Shown: positions 40,379-52,575 of the stretch, in pieces
Layout: each line of letters opens with the position of its first letter
Position numbering within the stretch: the first letter of the stretch is position 1
DNA from: the human T2T-CHM13v2.0 reference genome, Homo sapiens
NCBI RefSeq assembly: GCF_009914755.1
Contig: NC_060932.1
Strand: one strand, 5' to 3'
DNA length: 64,000 nucleotides
Position numbers and translations under genes: made by a program
Notes under the pieces: model-generated
What the model was told of the DNA's origin: nothing
Databases searched by the model: none
What the model saw: the letters and a program-made list of their open reading frames with translations, nothing else

Positions 40379-41354
40379 ACTATATGACTTATGAACTGCA
40401 GATCATATTTTGAGAAACAGTTTATCTTAGGAATGGGGGGTTGGCCATTGAATCAAAATGCAAGAATTTTGACCATAGCCTGGTGACTTCCTAGGAGTCA
40501 CCATAGGTGACATAACACAGAACATGCAAACTCAAAAGCTTTCTCTAGGAATTGATGCCTGAAGATGATTCTTTTGGATTCTCCTTTTCATCTCAAACCT
40601 TTTAAGATTCTGCTGAAAACTTGTTCCTGTCTCTCTGGGAAAATCCACAGACCAACTAGCACACAAAAATTAGCACACACTAATGGGCGTTGTGGCTCAG
40701 AGCCTCATTCATAACTCCCAAGCCCAGCACGTGCCTGTGGAGCAGGCGGAATTCCAAAAGTCCAGGCACACCCTGCTGGGGGCCGCAGAGGACAGTGGGA
40801 TCGTTGTCACCTCCCCTCTAGAGCTGCTTTCACCATTCTAAAACATCAGGAAAGGCATAGCTCACATGTTGCTAAGAAAAAGCATTTTGGAAGGTAATTG
40901 TGGTTGCTATGCATGGAAACTATGCTACGTCTTAGTTTTGTAACAAAGAGTGTTTAATGCGTGTCTCATTTAAAACGGTTCCCTATTGCAGCACGTCCTT
41001 CACTGCAGTTCAGAAAATCACTCTGTTGTGTATTTACGGTGTATTTGGATTAAATATCAAGATTGTATCACAAATAGCAAGTTATTTAGCCTTTATCTAG
41101 ACATAAATCATATATAAACTGGTAAGAGAGAGAAGAGGGGGCAGAGAAGTCAGATACCCGAACAAGCTCAGTTGTTCCGGATGATCTTTAGTGCCTGGCA
41201 TGGAGCCAGCACAGGCTTTGCCGTCAGGATTCACCTCCCTCCTCAGTCACCAGATGGGGACTGATTGGTTTTATTTTGGGGATTGACTCTGCTTTCACAT
41301 TTTAACGTGCATACCTATCACGGCGGCCTCCTGTGTTGCTGTTGTGTTGAGTGC

Positions 41355-41680
41355 TGATTGTATGTATGTAGGCATGTGCGTGTATGCATGTGTATGTATT
41401 TGTAGTGCACATACGTGTGCATGTGTGTGTGTATGTGCACGTGTGTGTACGTGTGTGTCCATATATCTGTGTGCAGGTGTGTATGCATGTATGTGTGAGC
41501 ATGTGTGTGCGTGTGTGCAGGTATGTGTGTATGTGTGTGTATTATGTGTATGTGCATGTGCATAGCTGTGTGTGTGCATGCATGTGTGTGTGCATGCGTG
41601 TGTATATATGTGTATGGGTGCATGTGCATATGTGCATGTGTGTGGGTATGTGTGTGTGCATGTATGTATGTGTGCAAGTT
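41355..41680. repeat. Degenerate (TG)n/(TGCA)n low-complexity tract
   Basis: About 320 bp of alternating purine-pyrimidine sequence. Confidence 0.92.
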
Positions 41681-42430
41681 GTGTGGCCACACGGGGAGCT
41701 GTGGGCAAAGCTCTCCCCTATGCTGTGCTCTGAAAAATGTAGAAATACAATGAGGTCTATCACAGTAAATATTTATAGAATATACCATCAAGCCTGACCT
41801 CCATTTATTAAACATGGGCCTATTTGGGGAGGATTAATAATTAAAAATGGATAAAGGCAAATCTTTCAAGATGACTAAGATGTTTATGAGTCTTTTTGTG
41901 CGTCTGGTGCCGTATATCAATTTTTTATTTTTGGCATAAAGCATGTGGTATGCTACAGCGTTACCTCATTAGCTGGTGATCTAATAATTCATTATCTGCT
42001 GACTCCAGAAATACAGCCGCAGCAGCCCGTGCTGGCTTGAAATCCAAGGCATCTCTGCAGCATGTAGGTAAACTTTTACTTAGCCTGGAACCATCTATTC
42101 CTGATGCTCTCCCAGCACAAAGGTCAAATTGACTGCGATGGCTCTAAGTGGCGTCTTCCTGTAATACAGCATCCACAACTGATCGTCCGTTCCTGTGCCA
42201 AACGCAGGTCCTCCGCACATACTAGGTGTCACCCTCAACTCTGTGCACGTGACGCCCGGTGCCCGGAGTGGGACACAGGTAGACACTGAGCTAGTTCCCG
42301 CACACACAGCCCCTTCCTGCTTGGAGCTTACAGCACAGCAGAGAATGCAGAACCCTAAATCCACATTGGAATTCCACAGTTCTATGTTATAAAATAATGG
42401 ACAGCTTTTGATCAAAGCTTTCAAGGCTGG

Positions 42431-42751
42431 TGTTCCTCTGCTGGGGCTGTCATTACAAAATTCCACAGATAGTGTGGTTTCAACAACATTTATTCTCTCA
42501 TAGTCCTGGAAGCCAGAAGTCCCAGATGGAGATGTGGGCAGGGCTGGATTCCCAAGGCCTCCCCTTGGCTGGCAGACGCTGTCTTCTTGCTGTGACCTCA
42601 CATGGTCATCCCTCTGTGTGTGTGTCTGTGTCGTGATCACCCCTTCCTGTAAGGACCCCAGTCCTGTTTGATGAAACCCTATCTTCACATGCAGTCACAT
42701 TCTGAGGTCCTGGGGGTTAGGAATCTGGGGGCCACATTTCAGCCCCTCACA
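42431..42751 (-). mobile_element. MLT1 (MaLR, MLT1B-like) solo LTR with 5-bp TSD
   Basis: TG...CA ends; ATTTATTCTCTCATAGTCCTGGAAGCCAGAAGTCC, CAGTCACATTCTGAGG; flanks GCTGG / GTTGG. Confidence 0.88.
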
Positions 42752-43994
42752 GTTGGTTTTGCACCAAGAATTCCTTCCCCTTGTTTCCCTGTCTACTTCA
42801 TTTGGCCTCCAGTGTAAATTCTCGATGTGCCTGTATCTTACAGGACGTCCCATTCTGCTACATTCCTTTAGGTGGAATGCATGAAACTCCATTCTCACAT
42901 CTAAATCACACCCACCTTGCACGCCCTGTCCAAATATCTAGGCTCTTAGGAAGGCTTTTCCAACTTACCCTAGCCCTGCCAAGTCCTGCAGCCTCTGAAC
43001 TCTTTTAACATTTTGCATCTGTGCAAAGCACACAGCAGTGATGTAGGAAAATGCCGTGGTTCTCTGATGCTCTCACGGATCCACAGTAGAGACTTGGAGG
43101 CGCGAGGCGCAAGGCACAAGCCTGGCGGGAAGACGCCGTCCTGGGGCGTGCAGAGGCAGCCGCTGCAGCCTGAGGAGGTGCCGAGTGTGCAGAGAACGTA
43201 TGAGCCCTGAAATCTCAGAGTGATGGGGGCCTTAGGGCTTCTTCACGCAGTTGCCCTCAGACCTGAGTTCAGCAGCATCCTCCCCAGTTGCGGTCCAGCC
43301 CCCATTGGCCATTTCTCGGGGTGACTAACACTGTCCCTAGGCAGCTTTTCTCCCACAGGTCTTCGGATATTTATGACAATTGGAAAGGTCTTCCTCGAAT
43401 TGAGCCCTAGTCTTTCCCTGAGAGTTCTCTCTCAGTGTCCTCAGCACTGCCCTTCAGAGTGGCCGACTCTGAAGGCAGGTAGAAAATGGAGGTGATGTCC
43501 CACGGTGCCTGGCTCTGACAAGTTCTCAGCAGTTCCCCGAAGGTCGGCAGCAGTCACACGGCGTGATTCATCCCAGCCAAACCCTTGCTCTCCCTGGGCA
43601 GGTGGGGTTGCACCATCTCGTCACCACCTTAATACCCTCCAGGACTTCTCACTGTTTATCTTACCATTCATGCTTTCAAAATAGTGAGGTGGAAAATGAA
43701 CTTAAAATAGGTTGGGGCATTCCACTCTCCTTTATCTTCTATTTAAAGCATCTATACTTAAGTAACAAGTCACATTTCTTTTGTGTTTCATTTGCTTAAA
43801 ATAAAATGCTGAAAAGTCAATTTTACAAAAGAAGAAAAGCTGTCTTTTATCACCCTCTGGTTGCTACAGGGAGCACGGGGAGCTGTCACACCCAATGAGG
43901 ATTAGAAGCCATCTGAAGGCACCTGTTCCTGGGATCACCCCAGACAACCGCTCCACTCTTGCATTCTCTTTCTCTGCTTTGCTGGTGTATGTAG

Positions 43995-44250
43995 GAGCCG
44001 GACTCGGCACCCAGGCTCTGAGGGTTACCACTGCCTGGCCTGGGGCAAGTTCCACTCCTCTGTTTCTTCATCATTAAATTGGGCATAAAAGATGAGTAAC
44101 GCACCACACAGGACTGTTGTAAGGATTGAATAAGTTCATCTGTGTGTTAGGTGCCTAGAACAGGGCTTTACACCATGGATAGAATTTGAATAAGTTCATC
44201 TGTATGTTAGGCGCCTAGAACAGCGCTTTACACCATGGATAGTAAGTAGT
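43995..44250 (+). mobile_element. MIR carrying an internal 60-bp tandem duplication
   Basis: GGGCAAGTT...GTTTCTTCATC...GTTGTAAGGATTGAATAAG; TTGAATAAGTTCATCTGT.TGTTAGG.GCCTAGAACAG.GCTTTACACCATGGATAG twice. Confidence 0.75.
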
Positions 44251-45408
44251 TTATGTGTCAGCCACTTCTAATACCATTCGTGTAATATGATTGCATTAAT
44301 TGTCATTGGAAGCAGCCCTGGCTGAGGCACTGTCATTGCTTTTATAAACCATCCTGCATGTTTCTTGCCTCCCAGATGCATGTGTCAGCTCCTCGAGGAA
44401 GAGAGTAAGACACGTCTTTCTTTTGCCTCCGTCCTGTATGCATTAACAGTCTCAGCACCTGGTCAGCAGTCCTCAGACAGGCATTGAGGGGAACTAAACG
44501 GATGCTGTCTTTAGCCGTAAGCCTTTCATTCGGCCTCTATTTCTAGTAACTCACTCATTTCCTGACTTGGACCTGGCTGGTGCTGTATCCTCGTGGATGG
44601 CATTTGCGCCAGGGCAGAGGTTCAGAGCAGTTGTCCGCTTGGCAGAAGTCAGGCGTGGTTCCTGGACTCCAGGCATGGGAGATGGACAGAAAGGCAGGAT
44701 GACTCAGGCTGGTGCTCTGCCCAGCGCGTTGCTGCCCAGTCACTGCAGGTTTAATATGCTGTGGTGGTTTGTGGCTTCTGTAATTGGAAATCTCTTCTGC
44801 AGAACTCTATTATCCTCTCACTTCCCGTGACTTGATTGGAAAAGAAGGAATTTGAAGATCTTTTATGTTTTCTTAAATTTGATGGTAATGAAACTGGATG
44901 TTGAAATTTGAGGTGAATAAATCATTGCTAACAGGACATCTCAGGGCTGAGCTGGAAGAATAGAATTGTGGCAGGGCTTTTAGCTCACATGTCATCGCCA
45001 CTTGAGAGGGGAAGTGGATATTTGTGCATTTCTCATATTCCACGTGCATCGTGGAACTGTCCACTCACCCTGGAAGTGGGCTTGACTATTCTGCATTTCA
45101 GGATGAGGAAGCTGGGCCCCACAGAGTCTGGCATCACACAGATCAGCGACAGAGTGCAGGGCCCTTTTCAATATGCCACTTTTCTCTGAAAAGAGAGCCA
45201 GGGAGAACAGAAAAGAGTTTCTTATGAACATAGACTTGGCATTTCAATGCTGCAGGTCAACTTAGTGGTGCAGCCTGCTGTCTGTGCAGGTGGGGGGCCT
45301 GAGGCACACACTGCTCAGGCACCTGCCAGGTGATGGGGTGGGCAGCTGGGGACAGCTCTGGGACCTGGGCCCTCACCTGCAGGCACCTACACAGGTGATA
45401 GGGTGGGT

Positions 45409-45590
45409 GGGGCGCAGGTCACCGTGGCGCCAACGCTGGGGCGCAGGTCACCGTGCTGCCAACGCTGGGACGCTGGTCACCGTGGTGCCAACGCTGGGAC
45501 GCTGGTCACCGTGCTGCCAACGCTGGGACGCTGGTCACCGTGCTGCCAACGCTGGGACGCTGGTCACCGTGCTGCCAACACTAGGACACT
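45409..45590. repeat. Minisatellite, 29-bp unit, about 6 copies
   Basis: GGGACGCTGGTCACCGTGCTGCCAACGCT repeated. Confidence 0.95.
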
Positions 45591-45716
45591 GTTTAATGTG
45601 CTTCCAACACTTACCGAGGGCCGACTCTGCAGGCGAGCAAAGCAGACACCGTCTTGCCCTCACTCCTCCCTCTCCTGGTGTGGGGAAGACAAATGTCGTG
45701 CGAGTCCCCTCCACAG

Positions 45717-45839
45717 CAGGGCTTCTCACCCTCAGCTCTCCTGACGTCCGGGCTGCATAATTCCTCTTCATGGGCACCGTCTTGTGTATTGCAGGGTTTT
45801 AGGAGCATCACTGGCTGCTGCCTGCTAGATGCCAGGAGC
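45717..45839 (-). mobile_element. MER20 (hAT-Charlie), partial
   Basis: CAGGGCTTCTCACCCTCAGC...ATAATTC...AGCATCACTGGC...CTAGATGCCAG. Confidence 0.8.
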
Positions 45840-46309
45840 TCTTTGTGAAAGAGGTGCAAAGACTTTAAGCCGCTCTCCAGAGTGACCTGTCTGATGATTC
45901 AAAGCCAGTTATCTCAATGCTCTTCAATAAGTTGGACATGGACGGCGTGGGCTAGAGGAAGATCAGAGAGAGATAAAACTGTGATATATTTCCAGTGTTT
46001 CATCATTAAACTCTTATTAATTGTACTGCAATAGAGGCAGTATATTTTCCCAAGCGAACATGGCGTTAGATACAGCCACATCAAATTCATTTCAATGCCA
46101 GAATTCCTTCAGCTGTGTTTCATTCTTCCTTGTGAAATCTTAGGGATTCAGTCTAAAGATCCGTACGGGGCACTCTGAGTGTGTTATTCCATGTGTCAGT
46201 GAAGGGATGTGGGGTTATGGCCACCTACGTGGCCACCTATGCAAGATGACAGTTTCGCTCATAGTTGAGCCGTCCTTGAAGAACACCCACGTTCCTCCTG
46301 TTGTTTCTT

Positions 46310-46735
46310 CTGGAGTGCGGAGGCTTCGCTGGTGAGTGATGACCCCGAGACCTCCGTGCCTGGGGGGGCGCCAGCATGTGGGGCGGGGGCGTCTTCATGG
46401 GTCTCATTTGCTTTGGCCGTTGGAGCGTTTGCATTTGCTGCCGTTTGCTTGAGTGACTGCGCAGCAAGACTCTGTGCTGGAGAAAGCCACGCCCCTCGGG
46501 GGGAGGCGCCGCCGCCACGCGCGTGCGGCCCGGAGGGTGTCGGGAGCAGGGGCCGCGGGCGGCAGCTGACGGGCGGGCCCTTCCGGAGGCGCCGCGCCTG
46601 GACCGTGGCCGCAGGTTGGGCAGCGCCAGACGCAGAGCCCTGTGCCGCTTGCGTCCCCGGGCTTCCTGCCCGACAAGGACGGGGGGCCGGACAGAGAGCC
46701 GTGTCGGCCGAGACCCGAATCCGGGATCAGGTTTG
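46310..46735. promoter_or_regulatory. Small CpG island, candidate promoter/enhancer
   Basis: Non-repetitive, very GC- and CpG-rich; GGGGCGGGGG and GCCACGCCC (SP/KLF), GCGCGTGCGG (NRF1-like); possible donor CAG|GTTTGT at 46730. Confidence 0.7.
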
Positions 46736-47274
46736 TGTTTCTGTGGACACGTCTGCCCACAAAGAGGGCAGTGGGCAATTGTTCTCTTCACCAGAGAATG
46801 GTTTTTGTCAACGTTCAGTGAGATCATTTCACCAGTGAGGTGGCCACAGCGGCGCTTTCTCTACCCAAACCTCGCTTCCTCTCGCTGAAGGGGTTCCAGT
46901 CTCGATCATCAGTGAAGTCCTTCCACATCCATGGGGCGTCCACCAACTAGGAGCTTAATCAACACAACGCTGTGGCCTCTCCAGCTCAGGGACGTGCCTT
47001 TCCCGTGTCTTCTTCTCACACACAAACGTAGCCTGCAAGGAAGGTCAGGTTCAATGCACGGAATCTACCCTGCTGCCCGCTAGGAGGTCATATGTGTATC
47101 ACAGACCCGCAGAGAATGCTCTCCACAGTACATGAAGCGCGGTACAAATGGAATGAGTGTAACGGGCATTCTCTGTTTGAAAAAAGTTATCCCAATTGAA
47201 TAGTCGGTAATTTCTCTTTATTGTAACCCAATAGATCACAAAATGCAACCTGAGGTTTAAGCTGAGGGGTGGGG

Positions 47275-47545
47275 CGTTTGCAGAGGGCTGTGTGGTGGAG
47301 GTTAGGTTAGGTTTGCAGACGGCTGTGTGGTGGAGGTTAGGTTAGGTTTGCAGAGGACTGTGTGGTGGAGGTTAGGTTAGGTTTACAGAGGGCTGTGTAG
47401 TGTGGAGGTTAGGTTAGGTTTGCAGAGGGCTGTGGTGGAGGTTAGGGTCGGTTTGCAGAAGGCTGTGGTGGAGGGTAGGTCACGTTTGTAGAGGGCTGTG
47501 TAATGGAGGTTACGTTAGGTTTACAGAAGGCTGTGTGGTGGAGGT
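47275..47545. repeat. Minisatellite, about 35-bp unit, about 8 copies
   Basis: TTTGCAGAGGGCTGTGTGGTGGAGGTTAGGTTAGG, degenerating toward the 3' end. Confidence 0.93.
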
Positions 47546-48317
47546 GGGGCCTTCTCCCTGCCCCACGGTGGTCCCATGCAGCCCGCAAAACACCCATGTT
47601 CGGCACGGGTCCAGTGACCTCAGCAGGGAGGCAGCTCCCTGATTACAAGACCAACTTTTGTTCTTGGACCAAAGCTGATTTTGCCTTCTCTGTAGGATGA
47701 TTGCGCAAAAGGTCACCAGAGTCATTCTGAAAGCAGCAGGAGTTCTGAGGCTTCTGTTCGCTCCAATTTACTTAACAAAGGGCATTCAGGTGGATTTGTT
47801 CAGGCTGTGCTTTATGATTCTCTGAAAATTAAAAATCCTTCCTGTGATGTAACCATGTGGCAGACGGAGAATCTGCCTCAATGTAGGAGTTAAAGATTTG
47901 AACTCCAAGTTCATTTCTGAGTCGTTTGGATTCTGTAATTATTCATCCTTTTTGACTTTGTTTTACTTTGCATTATCAAAATGCATAAAGTGGAGACTGG
48001 ACGGTGGAAATCCTGCAGGGCACCGAGGCACCTAACGTCAAGGCTTCAGTCCGAATCGGTCCAAGCAGAGGCCACTCAGGAAAGCAACTGTGCGTGGGAC
48101 TCCGGTGCCGCACGGCCTGGCACTTCGTCTTCCGTGACTCGCCTGTTTCACGAGTGGGATCCCAAGCCCAATACGACAGCCAGGGCATTGTCCTCACTGA
48201 CAGCAGGTGGTCGATCTCAAGCCCAATACCACAGCCGGGGCGCTGTCCTCACTGACAGCAGGTGGTCACTGGGGAGCATGCTACTGAGGTGCTGTTCATC
48301 TCCAGGAAATTAGATTC

Positions 48318-48803
48318 TTAACATCACCTCTCCACGACCTCAGAACTGAGCCCCCACCTCCTACATTTGGGTTAACGACACCTCTCCACGACCTCAGAAC
48401 TGATCCCCCACCTCCTACATTTGGGTTAACGACCCCTCTCCACGGCCTCAGAACTGATCCCCCACCTCCTACATTTGGGTTAACGACACCTCTCCACGAC
48501 CTCAGAACTGAGCCCCCACCTCCTACATTTGGGTTAACGACACCTCTCCACGGCCTCAGAACTGAGCCCCCACCTCCTACATTTGGGTTAACGACACCTC
48601 TCCACGGCCTCAGAACTGAGCCCCCACCTCCTACATTTGGGTTAACGACATCTCTCCACGGCCTCAGAACTGAGCCCCCACCTCCTACATTTGGGTTAAC
48701 GACCCCTCTCCACGGCCTCAGAACTGAGCCCCCACCTCCTACATTTGGGTTAACGACACCTCTCCACGACCTCAGAACTGAGCCCCCACCTCCTACATTT
48801 GGG
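48318..48803. repeat. Minisatellite, 54-bp unit, 9 copies
   Basis: TTAACGACACCTCTCCACG(A/G)CCTCAGAACTGAGCCCCCACCTCCTACATTTGGG; 18-aa periodic ORF. Confidence 0.97.
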
Positions 48804-49855
48804 CTGTTTCTCAAATAAGACAAACATCAGCCATGAAAGGAATCAGAATGAGGCAGTAAACTCAGAAAGAGTCCTTGAAGCCCAGCTGTGGGTGAAGGGC
48901 CCGGGACGTGCTGTCTCATAGCTGTGAGCCACCTCCTAGGAGACAAACCAGGTCTCTGTGCCGTTTCTTCTCACTCCATCAGCCAGCTCCTGTGCACCGC
49001 AGTCCCTCTAGGGAGCATCGGCCACGGGGGCCTGCAGAGAGAGGAGCTTCCTTGAAAAGCGCCCCGCTGCATGGCCTCTGTGCCCACCTGCTGGTGGCAG
49101 TGAATCAGCCTGGAAGCTGGGCTGACCTGCGCTTCAGAACTCAGAGCTCCGACGGAGCTGGAGGCCGTGCTGGTACAATTGAGGCGCTTTCAGAAGAAGA
49201 CGCTCCCTTTCAGAAGCTGCTCTCCTCCTGCTGAAGAAGGGGGAGCCGGGTGGCGGTGGGGAGCCGGGTGACAGGGACGTGCCAGCTCACAGGGCTGCCA
49301 AGACCCTCACTCTGACCCCGGTGGGATGTGTGGTCATCGGCGGATGGCGGGGACAGGGCTACCGAGACCCTCAACCTGAGCCCGGTGGGATGTGTGGTCC
49401 GCAGGTGGGGTTCTTCTTGCTACTGCAAGCGTATTTGGCCGTGAAAGCGAAATGTGCACGGGTAGGAAATGGCCTCAGAGCAAGGCCCACATCGAAGGAT
49501 TTGTCATGGCCCCTTCTGCAGACGCAGTTCTGAAGGAATGGGAACTGATTTGTAATCACACCATGCAATTAACAGAGTGCATCAGGGACCACATGCTTCA
49601 GCAGAACCACAGTGTCAGTTACTGTGGGCGGTCCCTGGCTGCTTACATTAGAATAGGGCAGTGAGATGCCTGCCACTTCTGCAGGGAGCTTCCAGATAGG
49701 CGTGTGCGTCCCAGCGAGAGGAAGTCCTCGGGGCCCAGCCCCACAGCACCTGTCCCTACCTGGCCCCTCCAGGTCAGTGGTGTGCAGCTGTAGGGTTAGG
49801 GCAGCAGAGGTGTTTGGGGCCAGCCAGGAGGGGGCTGCTTAATGCACAGGTCTTC

Positions 49856-50174
<319 letters not shown>

Positions 50175-50754
50175 TCATATCCCAGGAAAGGTGAAGCTGG
50201 GAGGCAGAGGACATACCCCAGCCTGTCAGAACCCAGTGTGCCCTGAGGGCCTGTGAGGAGGGCCTTGCCAGCGTGGGGGTCAGTGGATCTGAGTGCAGCT
50301 CCCTCCTGTCTCCTCCCAATACCATATAATATTGTCAGCTCTGGTATTCTTGGTCCAGCACAGCTTCTTCATGTTTTTCACCTTTGTGATGTAAGAATCC
50401 AGCTCCGTGCAGAACCCGAGCATAGGCACGGAAGTGTGCCCGAGGGGAGGCCTGGAGCCTGTGTCTCTTCTGCGAAGCTGCACCCACCTCGTCTGTCTGG
50501 GGGTGGCAGCCCCAAATCAGCTGATGGAGTTCACGCACCCCTGTGCAGACGCAGCCTCCCCCAGGGCCTTTGGCTGCCGTACACCCTCAGGCTTGGTCCC
50601 TCTCAGCAGCCACTGAATCAGACAGCTGCCCCAAGACCTGACTTGCACTGTACTCCTGCTGAAGTGACCCGTCTCAAGATATCTGGACGCAGGTGCACAC
50701 CTGGCCTCACTTGTCCCTTGCACGTATGCCGTATGTCTGACTTTGTCTGTCTGT

Positions 50755-51252
50755 CCTGCGCACACCTGACCTCACCTGTCCATCCTGTGCACACCTGACC
50801 TCACCTGTGTGTCCTGCACACACCTGACCTCACCTGTCCTTGCCACACACACCTGACTTCGCCTGTCTGTCCTGCACACACCTGACCTCACCTGTCCTGC
50901 GCACACCTGACTTCACCTGTCTGTCCTGCACACACCTGACCTCACCTGTCTGTCCTGCACACACCTGACCTCACCTGTCCTTGCCACACACACCTGACTT
51001 CGCCTGTCCGTCCTGCACACACCTGACCTCACCTGTCCATCCTGCGCACACCTGACTTCGCCTGTCCATCCTGCACACACCTGGCCTCACCTGTCTTTCC
51101 TGCGCACACCTGACCTCACCTGTCCCTGACACACACAGCTGACTTCGCCTGTCTGTCCTGCGCACACCTGGCCTCACCTGTCCATCCTGCTCACACCTGG
51201 CCTCACCTGTCTGTCCTGCGCACACCTGGCCTCATCTGTCCGTCCTGCACAC
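50755..51252. repeat. Minisatellite, about 29-bp variable unit, about 17 copies
   Basis: CCTGCACACACCTGACCTCACCTGTCTGT repeated. Confidence 0.95.
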
Positions 51253-52397
51253 ATGGGTTGGGCGGGGACAGGCTCCATCTTCCTCTGTGCTTTCATCACC
51301 CTCATTTTTGGAAAGTCACACGTTTTGCTTTCATTCTAATTTACATTCTCACTTTTTCAGTCTTTCCTTATGCAGTTTCTGGCGTTTCCTTCATTTCCCC
51401 AGATTCTTTCAAATCCTGATTCTCTTCTCTGAGGAGTCTGTGCCGTCCCCTTCAGGGCAGTGTGGTCGGCGGGTTCAACACTCATGCTTCCCTGTCCTTT
51501 GGCCTCCAAGTTGTTAAAACAGTCAATCACTTCTAGCTCAGGGTAGCTCATTCTTAGCCCCATAGGGTCCACCACAGCATGTGTCCCCTTGGGCTGACAT
51601 TGGGCTATGGATAAAGCTTCTTTTTAAATTAAAATGAAAAAATTCAATTTCTTTCCCAAAAAGGCTTAGTTAGCTTCTATGGCTACAAGACCAGGAAATG
51701 CACAGCTAGGTGAGGAGACAAGGCCAGTTCTTCCCTGAGCCCTGCCTAGACTGTGGCACGTCAGCCTCGCGGGGCCACCCGCTGCCATCAGCCCGAGTCC
51801 TCCTGCCTTCGCAAATTTTAGCTCACGTCCATGCAGTGCCGGCTCTGTGCCAGGCACAGGCCCGAGGGCCACATCTTCGCTAAGTCACCAGCTCAGTGCG
51901 AGGCATGGGCCTAAGAGCCGCGTCTTTGCTAAGTCATGTCCCTGGCACAGCCGCCCCACACGGCACGTACGCCGACATCCCTTATCTAGGAGGTGGAGAA
52001 ACGGGCAGGGAGACTAAATACCTCAGACCAAGGCAGCCTCCGTCTGCCGAGGCCTCTCCTCATGGCGAATTTCCTCCTCCCGCTTCCTTCACTCATTCAC
52101 CGAGCCACCATGCGCCCTGCTGTGTATACTGAGGCGTCATATTCAGTCTCTTCTTGTAAGAACCGTAACCGCTGTCATCATTTTTAACCAGGTCCCTGGA
52201 AGTCTTTGTCACATAGAGTTGGGAAAACTCAGTCCAGGCCCTGAAAGAGTTTACTTTCTAACTGGCAGGGACCCCGCACTTAACGTCAGGAGCCCCCAGT
52301 GCCGTGAGTGACTGAGGCTGGCATGGCAACCGTGCCTGGGAGAAGGGAGGTTGTGCAGGGGCTGACAGAGAGTGGCCAACAACCCCATTTCCCTGCT

Positions 52398-52575
52398 TGG
52401 TGGGGGTCTGCTGATTTCGGGGTGTCCTCCCTTCCCTCCCCTCCTGCTCGGTGGGGGCCTGCTGATTTGGGGTGCCTTCCCTTCCCTCCCCTCCTGCTCG
52501 GTGGGGGCCTGATTTTGGGGTGCCCTCCCTTCCCTCCCCTCCTGCTCGGTGGGGGCCTGCTCTTTTGGGGGTGCT
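52398..52575. repeat. About 50-bp unit, 3-4 copies
   Basis: GGTGGGGGCCTGCTGATTTGGGGTGCC.TCCCTTCCCTCCCCTCCTGCTC repeated. Confidence 0.88.

Noticed and set aside
46237-46888. Overlapping 121-196 aa ORFs at the CpG island
   Set aside because: Arg/Pro/Ala/Gly-rich frames on both strands are expected from stop-poor GC-rich DNA; no recognisable homology
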